Assembly: GCA_051294905.1 (NCBI GenBank)
Contig: CM119371.1
Location: 15,068,001 to 15,132,000 of the forward strand
DNA from: Botryllus schlosseri
Taxonomy: Eukaryota
DNA length: 64,000 bases
Reading direction: 5' to 3'
Shown here piece by piece: positions 63,544 through 64,000 of this stretch (position 1 is the stretch's first letter; each line of letters opens with the position of its first letter). The notes below the pieces were generated by a model. The model searched no databases and was not told where the DNA came from. It saw only the letters and a list, made by a program, of their open reading frames with translations. The position numbers and the translations under genes were made by a program.

Positions 63544-64000
63544 CTATATCTTCACCATTGCAGATCCGTGCCAGTACTTTACAACTGCTTCCTTTTTCAC
63601 GCTATGCCAATTTTTGTTCAATAAATCATACTTTTCAATGTTTTTATAGCCATCCACTACAAAAATACAGCTGCCAATGTGATACGCAGAATTGAATCCA
63701 TGACATATATTCATAGATGACACCGACGTCCATTGAGCTGATGATACATCGTAACATTCTACGTTCTTGTTGAGATCTTGTTCACTATAACCGCCGGTCA
63801 CGAAGATCTTTTGATTAACTGCAACAGCACCACATCCATACACAGGATATCTAAATGGTTCGAGGTCAACCCACTCTGAAGCGGACGGAGTGAATCTGCA
63901 GAATGAAGAAACTTGGGCAACATATTTCAATCCTCCAACACTGTAAATGGAATCATCCAGTGACACAAGTGTTGCTTTGCAAGTTGCTGTAGGCTTTTTT
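63544..64000 (-). CDS. C-terminal part of a subfamily B BTB-BACK-Kelch gene (B5), cut by the window edge
   Basis: Frame is open to the edge: KKPTATCKATLVSLDDSIYSVGG...EWVDLEP...VTGG...SAMVKI*; 3' flank is most similar to that of B1. Confidence 0.85.
   Translation of the reverse strand, partial: KKPTATCKATLVSLDDSIYSVGGLKYVAQVSSFCRFTPSASEWVDLEPFRYPVYGCGAVAVNQKIFVTGGYSEQDLNKNVECYDVSSAQWTSVSSMNICHGFNSAYHIGSCIFVVDGYKNIEKYDLLNKNWHSVKKEAVVKYWHGSAMVKI

Overview
AT-rich eukaryotic (animal) genomic DNA. The repeat landscape and compact intronless genes suggest a marine invertebrate such as an ascidian; this is inference and cannot be confirmed from the sequence. The window holds a head-to-tail, all-minus-strand array of eight intronless BTB-BACK-Kelch (KLHL-like, predicted Cullin-3 adaptor) loci. 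Subfamily A has two intact genes (6849-8432, 16164-17747) and one truncated pseudogene (12667-13171). Subfamily B has three intact genes (27194-28807, 39799-41412, 57942-59567), one pseudogene (60490-62015) and one gene cut by the window edge (63544-64000). Paralogs keep BTB and the propeller scaffold but vary strongly in the Kelch loops, as expected for a diversifying substrate-receptor repertoire. The spacers are packed with often nested DNA transposons (hAT-Charlie, hAT-Tip100-like, hATm, Tc/pogo-like, Harbinger-like, piggyBac-like), tRNA-derived SINEs and a recent 3.05-kb tandem duplication. A full-length hATm element (51392-57252) has an otherwise intact 781-aa transposase split by a 2.2-kb foldback element with 15-bp-repeat inverted arms, a TTAGGG-rich core and a 9-bp TSD. 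A degenerate minimal hammerhead ribozyme motif lies at 26149-26188. All alignments and counts were done by eye.
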